Position numbers and translations under genes: made by a program
Shown here: in pieces, positions 31,840 through 40,161 of the stretch
Layout of the letters: each line of letters opens with the position of its first letter
Position numbering within the stretch: the first letter of the stretch is position 1
NCBI GenBank assembly: GCA_963805855.1
Contig: CAWDVW010000007.1
Coordinates: forward strand, 608,001 to 672,000
DNA: 64,000 nucleotides
Source of the DNA: Candidatus Dadabacteria bacterium
Lineage (GTDB): Bacteria; Desulfobacterota_D; UBA1144; Nemesobacterales; CSP1-2
Direction: 5' to 3'
The notes under the pieces: generated by a model
What the model was told of the DNA's origin: nothing
Databases searched by the model: none
What the model saw: the letters and a program-made list of their open reading frames with translations, nothing else

Positions 31840-31867
31840 GATGCACGATGCAGGATACAGGATACGG
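31840..31867 (+). repeat. Heptamer tandem repeat (GATRCAG-type x4)
   Basis: GATGCAC GATGCAG GATACAG GATACGG. Confidence 0.7.
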
Positions 31868-31905
31868 AATATAACTAGTAGGGTGGCCAGCTACGTGTGG
31901 GGTCG

Positions 31906-32187
31906 AGCTTAATCGGGGATCAATTGTTCTATTTCTCATTTTCTCTGTCTTGATACAAAGAAACAAAAATAAAGGTTTTCCAAACCCTGTCATCTCGAAC
32001 GGATGTGAGAGATCTAGTAGTTAAGTCGGTAAATGCAAGAAACAACGGAAAGATTTCTCATATTCATTCGAAATGACAGTGATGATTTTCACTCTTCTTA
32101 ACGCTTCCGGAATTGATTCTGGAAATTTTTTGAATGCCCATTTAAAATCAAAATATTGTCCTCGGATTACCTGACATTTACAGCAAT
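31906..32187 (+). mobile_element. Family B element carrying a complete family A unit (31988-32078)
   Basis: tgtcttgatacaaagaaacaaaaat, ttaacgcttccggaattgattctgg, right end CTGACATTTACAGCAAT; internal TGTCATCTCGAACGGATGTGAGAGATCT...TCGAAATGACA. Confidence 0.8.
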
Positions 32188-32254
32188 CGCCTCCTCGGAT
32201 TCCCTCTCATATTGCGCGGGACGCGGTAAGAGTGGATCCCTGATTCGCACGCAC

Positions 32255-32980
32255 TCACGCGTTGAGCTTGTTGGCCAGGTCGATGAAGTCCGTAGCAGTT
32301 ACGTCGAATGATGGATCTGTAATAAGATCGGGTTTTCCTTCGGGGCCAAATTCCAGAGGCCGGAGGACGAATGCCGTTTTGAATTTAACCCTCCTTGCTG
32401 CATGAAGGTCATCTTTGTGCGCTGCCACCATCATGACCTGCCCCGGCTTTAGCCCCAGCAGATCAGCCGCCGTCTGATAAACCTCTTTATCAGGTTTGTA
32501 GTGTTTCGCCAATTCGGACGATAATATACAGTCCCACGGCAGTCCCGCGTTCTTAGCCATGTTGACAAGCAAGGATACGTTGCCGTTGGAGAGAGTCGCC
32601 ACAATAAATCGTCGGCGAAGTCTTCTTAGCCCACGAATGGCATCAGGCCACGGCTTTAATCGATGCCATACACGATTCAGATCTTTTTTCTGGGTTTCGC
32701 TTAATTCTTTTATATTAAATTCTATAAGAAGGTCATCCAGGATCATGCGATGAATTTCGTCAATATTCATCCATGGCAATTTTCCATCACGAACCTTGTT
32801 CATTGCCGGCGCGTAGCCTCGGCGCCAGGCATCGGCAAATTCATCCCAGGCCAAACTTATTCCCTTGGATTTTCCGAGGAGAGTACACTCACGGATTATT
32901 GAGGTACGCCAATCGACGACAGTGCCGAACACGTCGAAGGCAAGCGCTTTGATAGAGGATATATCTGTTATTTGTTTCAT
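32255..32980 (-). CDS. Haloacid dehalogenase type II
   Basis: AFDVFGTVVDW, WHRLKPWPD, LSNGN, YKPD, MVAAH. Confidence 0.9.
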   Translation of the reverse strand: MKQITDISSIKALAFDVFGTVVDWRTSIIRECTLLGKSKGISLAWDEFADAWRRGYAPAMNKVRDGKLPWMNIDEIHRMILDDLLIEFNIKELSETQKKDLNRVWHRLKPWPDAIRGLRRLRRRFIVATLSNGNVSLLVNMAKNAGLPWDCILSSELAKHYKPDKEVYQTAADLLGLKPGQVMMVAAHKDDLHAARRVKFKTAFVLRPLEFGPEGKPDLITDPSFDVTATDFIDLANKLNA

Positions 32981-33139
32981 AACTTATTGTTCAAGTTAAC
33001 TCCATCGAAGGGAACAAAGCAATACCAAAAGATGGGATTGTTTCCTAGACCCTGCACTGAGGAATTATGTTAAAAAGGGGTTAGGTACAGACGGTTCCCT
33101 TCTTATAATTAAAAGGAAAAAAATAAGGAGGGAACCGTA

Positions 33140-34204
33140 ATGAATAGACAAAGTATAGATTACACAAATCAAGATTTTTTTCTAGGCATAGATGTGCATA
33201 AGAAGAGCTGGAAAGTAACGGTGAGGACTAACGGCATGGAGTTAAAGACTTTCTCCATGGATCCATCACCGGAGCAACTGTACGGATATATGCACAAGCG
33301 TTATCCGGGAGGAAACTATCACAGTGTGTATGAAGCAGGATTCTGTGGGTACTGGATTGATCGGGAGTTAAAGAGGTACGGGTTTAACAATATAGTAATC
33401 AATCCGGCAGATGTGCCTAGTACCCAGAAGGAGAAATCGACAAAGACCGACAAGGTGGATAGCCGTAAGCTGGCACGAGAGCTAGAGAATGGGTCATTGA
33501 GAGGGATATATGTACCGGATGAATTTCACCAACAATTGCGATCATTGTGCAGGCTGAGATTTAAGGTGGTACAGTCGCAAACTCGGCTTAAGAATCGGAT
33601 CAAGGGGTATTTAGCATTCTATGGTTATGTCATACCGCGCCATGATGAGATTGGTCACTGGTCTGGGGGATTTATAAGGTGGTTAAAGACATTAGAGTTT
33701 TCATACGGGATGGGTAGGGATTATCTTAGGCTATGTCTCGAGGAGCTAGAAAGTCATCGAAGGCGTTTAGCAGAGGTAGTGAAGTTGGTGCGGAAGTATT
33801 ATCGGGAATACGGGTTTGGGGAAGAGGTAAAGAATCTGCGTAGTGTGCCAGGGGTTGGTTTTGTAACAGCGATGACATTATATGGGGAACTGATGGATAT
33901 GAGTCGGTTCAGGAGTATAGACGATCTTGCTAGTTATGCGGGGTTAGTGCCATCGGTAAGTAGTTCTGGGGAGAGGGAGAGCACTCTGGGGCTCAGCTTT
34001 CGGCGTAACCGGTATTTACGGTACTTACTGATAGAGGCAGCGTGGGTAGCGATACGAGAAGATCCGGCTTTGGGGCATGTGTTTAGTCAATTGATCAGGC
34101 GGATGACCAAGCAGAAAGCGATAGTTCGGATCGCCAAGAAGTTATTGAACAGGATAAGATACGTGTGGAAGAATAAGGAGAGTTATGCTTATGGATTGAT
34201 TTGA
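33140..34204 (+). CDS. IS110-family DEDD recombinase/transposase
   Basis: GIDVHK, YEAG, KTDKVD (DEDD), VPGVG, YAGLVP..SSG (catalytic Ser), LIEAAW. Confidence 0.95.
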   Translation: MNRQSIDYTNQDFFLGIDVHKKSWKVTVRTNGMELKTFSMDPSPEQLYGYMHKRYPGGNYHSVYEAGFCGYWIDRELKRYGFNNIVINPADVPSTQKEKSTKTDKVDSRKLARELENGSLRGIYVPDEFHQQLRSLCRLRFKVVQSQTRLKNRIKGYLAFYGYVIPRHDEIGHWSGGFIRWLKTLEFSYGMGRDYLRLCLEELESHRRRLAEVVKLVRKYYREYGFGEEVKNLRSVPGVGFVTAMTLYGELMDMSRFRSIDDLASYAGLVPSVSSSGERESTLGLSFRRNRYLRYLLIEAAWVAIREDPALGHVFSQLIRRMTKQKAIVRIAKKLLNRIRYVWKNKESYAYGLI

Positions 34205-34214
34205 TAAGTAATAG

Positions 34215-34400
34215 GGACTGGATCTATGAAATCTCAAACAATAAAGTGTGGACCGCTATCGACTGGCTGCAAAGAAAATGTTTTACTGAGAGTGCGGCCA
34301 CAGGTTTGAGTGGTTTAATGAATTTAATGCAGCACTGCAAAGAGGCAGCTGACTGTTTATAACAGATTGATTCAAGATAGGATTTATTTACACATGAGAT
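34215..34400 (+). ncRNA. Putative bridge/seekRNA in the IS right end (boundaries approximate)
   Basis: Two stem-closed loops each containing CTGCAAAGA; guides TCGACTGGCT (34259-68) and ACTGAG (34285-90) match the target; ATAACAG (34359-65) matches the donor end. Confidence 0.75.
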
Positions 34401-34570
34401 ACATTACATAAAAAAGCACGAAGGGATTCGTTTGTTCAAAGTTAAAGTTTTCCCTAACATAACCCTTGACTTTTTACATAACAGCCAGTCGAAGTGCTCA
34501 CAATTGTAGATGTTAGATATTTCGTGGACAAAATCTAAAAAATAACAAATTTTCTGGAAATTTATTCATC

Positions 34571-34872
34571 CGTCATCCTCGAATGTTCCCCGCCAGGATC
34601 ATGCCGGGACAAGCTTAATCGGGGATCCATCGTTTAATTTTTTATTTTCTTTGTCTTGATACAAAGAAACAACCCTTCGACTGTGCTCAGGACAAGGGCT
34701 GTCAAAAAATTAGGAATTATTAAATCAATTCCTACAGCTAAAAATATTTAATCCAACCACAACCCCAAATCTTTTTTTAACGCTTCCGGAATTGATTCTG
34801 GTAATTTTTTGAATGCCCATTTAACATCTAAAATACTATCCCCGAATTATGTAAAATCCAGAGCAATGACAG
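34571..34872 (+). mobile_element. Family B element with CGTCAT...GCAATGACA ends and a family C insertion (34673-34691)
   Basis: tctttgtcttgatacaaagaaac, atttaatccaaccacaacc, ttaacgcttccggaattgattctgg shared with the 3.1 and 32 kb copies. Confidence 0.8.
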
Positions 34873-34913
34873 TATATACGAAACGATGTGGCAAGTTGAA
34901 AGGAGTTCGCGAG

Positions 34914-35357
34914 TTAACCTTTGCCTATACTCATATTTCTTTTCTTTTCTACTTTTGAACTGAACCTTTCGGCATCCACTATGAATCTCTCGTGTGTCCC
35001 CTCCGAGATGACATCAACTCCGTCGCTTGCAACGATAGAAAAGGTAAGCTTCCTTCCTTCGATTTTTATAAGTTCTCCTTTAACCTTGACCGTCAATCCG
35101 TAAGGGGTAACGGCAGAATGACTAAGTTTTACGTCAATCCCCACCGATTGTTCCCTCGGCCAATCTATATACCCATTGATGAACTTAATGCACGCCCACT
35201 CGATCAAGCCTATCATATATCCAGTAGCCAGCACTTTCGGCATCATTTGAAACTCCTCAGATTCAGGATAGAGGTATGGAACCGTCTTCGTCTCGGGAAT
35301 CGTAAAACCAAATTCAAAGGTCAACCCAGGTTTCAATGAATCATTCATACGTTGCAT
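34914..35357 (-). CDS. FlK-like (fluoroacetyl-CoA-type) thioesterase
   Basis: VLATGYMIGLIEWAC, SVG..V..SH..TP.G, EGTHERF. Confidence 0.85.
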   Translation of the reverse strand: MQRMNDSLKPGLTFEFGFTIPETKTVPYLYPESEEFQMMPKVLATGYMIGLIEWACIKFINGYIDWPREQSVGIDVKLSHSAVTPYGLTVKVKGELIKIEGRKLTFSIVASDGVDVISEGTHERFIVDAERFSSKVEKKRNMSIGKG

Positions 35358-35535
35358 CTCCCATAAGTTTTGATCGTCATGTCATTTGCCCTGATCTTGT
35401 ACTTAAATAATAACGGGTGGAAATTCCATCTGCCGAATTAAAGGGCATGATATACTAAGGATTATAAGTGGGCAAGTGGTAATATCAGCGTCGAAATCTA
35501 TGTTGGATTTGCCATTTCCAACTTTGGGAGACATA

Positions 35536-35856
35536 ATGGCGCGTCTTCGAGAAGATAAAATGATACAGGCAAAGACAACCCGCCAAGAGATCACAGACGA
35601 GCTTCTCTCGGGATTGAGGACGATAAGGGACCTGTCTCAGACACTGGGCATTTCAGAAAAAGAGGTAATTACCCACCTACCTCATGTAAGGCAATCCGCA
35701 AAGCATAAGGGATATGAATTTGTTATTGAACCCTCCAAGTGTTTAAAATGCGGATTCATATTTGAACATCGGGAGAGGTGGGCTAAGCCGAGCAGATGTC
35801 CAAAGTGTAAGGAGGAGAAGATAACTACTCCGATATTTAGGCTAACCTCTAGGTAA
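35536..35856 (+). CDS. HTH plus Zn-ribbon transcriptional regulator (COG3357-like); start 35536 or 35560
   Basis: TRQEI..L, EKEVITHLPHV, PSKCLKCGF.F...KPSRCPKCK. Confidence 0.8.
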   Translation: MARLREDKMIQAKTTRQEITDELLSGLRTIRDLSQTLGISEKEVITHLPHVRQSAKHKGYEFVIEPSKCLKCGFIFEHRERWAKPSRCPKCKEEKITTPIFRLTSR

Positions 35857-35924
35857 AATTAATAGAGAATTTTACGATGCGTCGTGCCGCGATCAGGACT
35901 GTAGCAGATTTGCAATTCTAGGAG

Positions 35925-36045
35925 CCAGCAGAATCTTTAAATGTCTTTTGCTCCGATATCCTACGCTTCTTTCTAACTTCTTTGCCGTGATACTGAAACG
36001 AGTTCAGCACAGGTACAATGAAGCAACCCTTCGCTTTGCTCAGGA
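35925..36045 (+). repeat. Degenerate family B left half with family C insertions
   Basis: cagaatctttaaa..., tctaacttctttg matching 3070-3128; CCCTTCGCTTTGCTCAGG at 36027-44. Confidence 0.65.
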
Positions 36046-36250
36046 CGCGGCTAACAAACAGTCTGATTATAAATTTTACACGTTAATTTGAATCCCCGAT
36101 AACTATCCTCGGGGATGCCAGGCCTGAGATTGCGCCGCTCTTCGTCGCGATCGACTGTGTTTGTGAATGATTGCATAGGATAAATTGGAATACGCAATTA
36201 TTCTCAGGTACCTTTCAACAAATTGATGAGAAAAACTTAGGAGGTTAGAT

Positions 36251-36976
36251 ATGGCCACAGTTACAGAAATTGCCCCTGATGTTTATCGCATCTCAATATA
36301 TGTTGGGGACTTTGACTTACAATTTAACCATTTTCTTGTAAGGGATGAAGAACCCCTGCTTTATCATGCAGGGATGCGAAAGATGTTCCCCGAATTGCAC
36401 GAAGCTGTATCAAGCTTGATTGATCCAAAGACCATACGTTGGATAAGCTGGAGCCATTTCGAGGTTGACGAATGTGGTGGTCTTAACGAATGGTTGAAAG
36501 CGGCGCCACAAGCAGAGCCAGCCTGCAGTGTTGTTGGGGCTCTAGTAAACATTAGTGACTTTGCGATTCGCCCGGCGAAGGGCCTCCAGAAAGACGATGT
36601 CCTGACTACCGGAAAATATCGCTTCCGATACGTCTCAACCCCTCACCTACCCCATGGCTGGGACGCAGGATCACTATTTGAAGAAAAAAACGGCACACTG
36701 TTCTGCTCTGACCTCTTTCATCAAATTGGCAAAGTAGAGCCTGTCACGGAGTCCGACGAAATCCTTGAACGGACGCGGAAGGCTATCATTGAGTATCAGG
36801 CAGGGCCACTGATGGACTATCTACCTTACACTAAAAACACCAAACAACTCTTGTATCAGCTGGCCGACTTAAAGCCCAAAACACTGGCAACTATGCACGG
36901 TTCGAGCTTTAATGGTAATTGCGAACGACTACTGCATGAACTGGATCCAGTGCTCAAAGATGTATTCGGAACCTAA
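36251..36976 (+). CDS. Metallo-beta-lactamase-fold protein (FprA/ODP-like)
   Basis: [31 protein letters not shown]. Confidence 0.85.
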   Translation: MATVTEIAPDVYRISIYVGDFDLQFNHFLVRDEEPLLYHAGMRKMFPELHEAVSSLIDPKTIRWISWSHFEVDECGGLNEWLKAAPQAEPACSVVGALVNISDFAIRPAKGLQKDDVLTTGKYRFRYVSTPHLPHGWDAGSLFEEKNGTLFCSDLFHQIGKVEPVTESDEILERTRKAIIEYQAGPLMDYLPYTKNTKQLLYQLADLKPKTLATMHGSSFNGNCERLLHELDPVLKDVFGT

Positions 36977-36986
36977 AAATGGAAAA

Positions 36987-37032
36987 ATAGGTGACAGACA
37001 CTTGTTTACTGAAAAAAGTGTCTGTCACCTAT
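36987..37032. repeat. Hairpin repeat (family E), copy 2
   Basis: ATAGGTGACAGACACTT-N12-AAGTGTCTGTCACCTAT; differs by one base from 757-796 over 40 bp. Confidence 0.9.
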
Positions 37033-37153
37033 CTCGAAGTGAATCAAATAGTAATTCTATCCGAGTTAAAGCTGAATTCTCTAATCTATAGAAAAGCGAC
37101 GAGGCTCAGTATATTGGCAAATATCTCACTGTTAGTTATAATCGTACCCCGTC

Positions 37154-38179
37154 ATGCGTATCGAACTCCTTAAGCAGCTCTGCGAGACCCCGGGGCTTCC
37201 CGGAGCCGAAGAGCCTGTAAAAGAAATCGTTATTTCAAACCTGAAAGAGTTCACACAGGAAATAACGGAAGACACACTGGGTAATGTTATCGCACACATT
37301 CCCGGAATTGGGCCAAGGCTCGTGATGGATGCGCATATGGATGAAGTGGGGTTTATGGTAAATCACATAGACCAGCGGGGTTTTCTGAGACTTACACCAC
37401 TCGGCGGTGTCGACCAGAGGGTATTCTATGGTCAAAGATTACTCATCTGGGGGAAAAGACCCCTCGTCGGGATGGTTGCGGCAATACCACCTCATATCAG
37501 CAGGAATTCGAGTGACAAAGAGGTCCCGGAGGTAGAGGATTGTGTGATAGATCTAGGGCTTTCGGACGAAAAGGTAAAGGATCAGGTTAAAATAGGTGAT
37601 GTCGTTTCTTACTATTCTCCATTTGAAGAAACCGAGGATGCTATCATCTCGAAGGCAATCGACGACAGGGTCGGCCTATTTGTCATACTAGAGGCACTTA
37701 GAAGAAAACCAAATTTAGCCTGCGACCTCTACGTGACAGCATCCGTACAGGAAGAGGTTGGGCTACGGGGGGCAAGGGTAATCGTCCCCGTCTATGAGCC
37801 CGATTTTGTCCTAGCGTTGGAGGGGACAGTCTCTATGGATTTCCCAGGAACCCCTGAACATAAGAAATTGGCAAGGGTTGGAAAAGGGCCTGAAATAAGG
37901 CTTTCGGACAGATTCCTCGTTGCCAACAGACCGTTTAGCTTCTTTATCACGGATCTTGCAGAAAAGAACAGAATCCCCTATCAGGTTACTGTAAAGAAAG
38001 CGGGAAGCACAAACGCAACGGCCATGCAGGTTACGGGTAAAGGGAGCCGCGCAGCGGTCATATCAGTGCCAGTGCGTTATCTCCACAGCCCGAGCAACTT
38101 AGCATTTAAAAGCGATATTGAATCGACCATTAGCCTGGTCTTCAAGGTCTTAGAGAACTTAGGGAATTTTAGATTATAA
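37154..38179 (+). CDS. M42 family metallo-aminopeptidase
   Basis: AHMDEVG, KAIDDRVG, QEEVGLRGA, RYLHSP. Confidence 0.9.
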   Translation: MRIELLKQLCETPGLPGAEEPVKEIVISNLKEFTQEITEDTLGNVIAHIPGIGPRLVMDAHMDEVGFMVNHIDQRGFLRLTPLGGVDQRVFYGQRLLIWGKRPLVGMVAAIPPHISRNSSDKEVPEVEDCVIDLGLSDEKVKDQVKIGDVVSYYSPFEETEDAIISKAIDDRVGLFVILEALRRKPNLACDLYVTASVQEEVGLRGARVIVPVYEPDFVLALEGTVSMDFPGTPEHKKLARVGKGPEIRLSDRFLVANRPFSFFITDLAEKNRIPYQVTVKKAGSTNATAMQVTGKGSRAAVISVPVRYLHSPSNLAFKSDIESTISLVFKVLENLGNFRL

Positions 38180-38192
38180 TCTATAAATCAAA

Positions 38193-39029
38193 ATGCTTGA
38201 GGATTACAGTCAAAGGCCCAAGTCATTTTTCAAGATTCTCTCCTTGTTCCTTATTTCCCTACTACTCCATGTCAACCTATCATTCTCTAAAGAATTTGTC
38301 TCACTGCCATCGGATACTCAATCAAATCCGAATCTAGAGAAGGCTAAATCCATTTTTCTTAACTATCATAAAAATCCTATGCTTCTCGACGAGACGATTG
38401 GAATTCTTAAAGGGATAGTAAAGCAGACTCCCACAGACGTTGACACATTAATATTTCTATCAAGGGTTTGGTTGACATACGGATTTGTGAAGGCGAAAAA
38501 CAAAGAAGAGAGAATATCTGCTTTCAGAAATGGCAAGGAGATCGCGCAAAAGGCGATAGATATCTCACCCGACAATCCCGACGCTCACTTCTTCTTTGTC
38601 GCAAACCTCTCCACGTTGGGACAGACGCAGGGCATCGTGAATTCACTCTTCATGCTACCCCGCGTCAGGAAGGAAATCGACACCATCCTGGAGCTTGATC
38701 CAGATCATGCGTATGGAATCGCAATGCAGGGATTATTATTTACTTACCTACCTCCTATACTGGGGGGAGATCTTAAGATCGGGGAAAGCTACCTCAGAAG
38801 ATCCGTGATTCTCGACCCACATACCTCTTCCACAAAGATCTATCTGGGTATAAACCTGAAAAGGCAAAAGAGATACGATGAAGCGAAAGAGGTTTTCAAA
38901 GAGATTATCGATGAGAAAAATCCAAAGGTTTATCCCGATTGGTACATTAACCGGAGATGGGCAAGATGGTGGATAGCAAGATTAAACGAAAAAATTAAAA
39001 ACGAAAAGGATCGATCCGCTTCAAAATAA
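38193..39029 (+). CDS. Exported TPR-repeat protein
   Basis: N-terminal hydrophobic segment; AIDISPDNPDAHF, ILELDP, LPPILGGD. Confidence 0.75.
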   Translation: MLEDYSQRPKSFFKILSLFLISLLLHVNLSFSKEFVSLPSDTQSNPNLEKAKSIFLNYHKNPMLLDETIGILKGIVKQTPTDVDTLIFLSRVWLTYGFVKAKNKEERISAFRNGKEIAQKAIDISPDNPDAHFFFVANLSTLGQTQGIVNSLFMLPRVRKEIDTILELDPDHAYGIAMQGLLFTYLPPILGGDLKIGESYLRRSVILDPHTSSTKIYLGINLKRQKRYDEAKEVFKEIIDEKNPKVYPDWYINRRWARWWIARLNEKIKNEKDRSASK

Positions 39030-39095
39030 TTATCAACTTAATCTCACATTTTCATAACTATCTTTTAATTGTTTCAGGTATATTAAATATCAGAA

Positions 39096-39446
39096 ATGTA
39101 TAAAGAGAACTTGGCCATTATTTTCGAAAATACCGTTGTTAAATGCGCCGATGTCAACGTGGAAGACCTGAAAGAGCATCTCATTCGAACAATTGAAAGA
39201 AAAAAATATGATTTACAGGATCAGGGAATAATTGAAGCAATACTGGAGGATGGTGAAAAAACCTTTGAGAATTCATTCAGCGAAAACCTTGAGCAATATA
39301 TAGACGATCTTGATTCAAAGCATGATCTCGGGAATTATCTGAGATCCGATGAAGCTAAAAACGAAATAGTTGAAATGTTCATATCCGACCTTGAACAGCT
39401 CATTAATTATTTCTATAACATGCTGATAAATAAACACTTCACGTAG
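39096..39446 (+). CDS. Hypothetical acidic helical protein
   Basis: 116-aa ATG ORF filling the gap; no motif recognised. Confidence 0.55.
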   Translation: MYKENLAIIFENTVVKCADVNVEDLKEHLIRTIERKKYDLQDQGIIEAILEDGEKTFENSFSENLEQYIDDLDSKHDLGNYLRSDEAKNEIVEMFISDLEQLINYFYNMLINKHFT

Positions 39447-39792
39447 TGATTAAGCATTTCGTCTCAAAACCGAATTGAATCAATACTTTTCCTTTCCATT
39501 TAAAAACAATTTTTGATGCTTTTAAGTCGTTGATAAAAGCCTTCATCGGAAAATTATTGGCAAAGGTGCTTTTTACTAAAATTCTCTGGAGCAAGCTACT
39601 CGGAACTTGCTATTTAAAAGACTTCTCCTATCCTGGACTAGGATGTCCCGACTATCGGAGACAATATTCACTTTTCAATAAACAGGCATTTACAAAATCT
39701 GTAAAAAAATGCATATATATAACATCTATTTATTTACATGCTTTTAATTTTCATAATATGTGTTAAAAATAATTAACTAAAAGGAGAGGCAT

Positions 39793-40161
39793 TTGATTTC
39801 CTATATCAATCTTATCATTTACTTTTGTGTAGTGCTGATCTTTGCAGTCCTAACTCTATTTGTTGCAAAGCTAATCAGATTCAGAGACCCCAGGTATAAC
39901 CCGGTAAAGCTCCAACCCTATGAATGCGGAGAAGATCCAATTGGAGATGCGTGGGTTCGATTCCCGGTTTCATTTTATCTGATCGCGCTTGTGTTTGTTT
40001 TATTCGATGTCGAGGCAGCTTTTATTTTCCCGTGGGTATTAGCATTGCCTAAGTTGGGTATTCTTGCTTTCATAGAGATGCTTATCTTTCTCGTTATTCT
40101 CTTTCTTGGATGGATTTATGCCTTTAAAAAGGGGGCCCTTAGATGGGAGCGCAACCAGTAA
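39793..40161 (+). CDS. nuoA: NADH-quinone oxidoreductase subunit A
   Basis: YECG, FVLFDVE, KKGALRW; AGGAG RBS. Confidence 0.95.
   Translation: MISYINLIIYFCVVLIFAVLTLFVAKLIRFRDPRYNPVKLQPYECGEDPIGDAWVRFPVSFYLIALVFVLFDVEAAFIFPWVLALPKLGILAFIEMLIFLVILFLGWIYAFKKGALRWERNQ

Larger units (their letters stand above)
33060..34484 (+). mobile_element. IS110-family insertion sequence, IS1111-type (long right non-coding end, sub-terminal inverted repeats, AG core)
   Basis: AG at 33060-61 and 34483-84; TTATGTTAAAAAG (33065-77) / CTTTTTACATAA (34470-81); joining the flanks restores a family C palindrome. Confidence 0.85.

Noticed and set aside
34331-34336. AGCACT in the second RNA loop matching the distal right flank AGTGCT (34493-98)
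   Set aside because: A 6-nt match out of register with the core is likely chance.
33050-34495. Target-site duplication for the IS
   Set aside because: Only the 2-bp AG core is shared, as expected for IS110-family conservative recombination.
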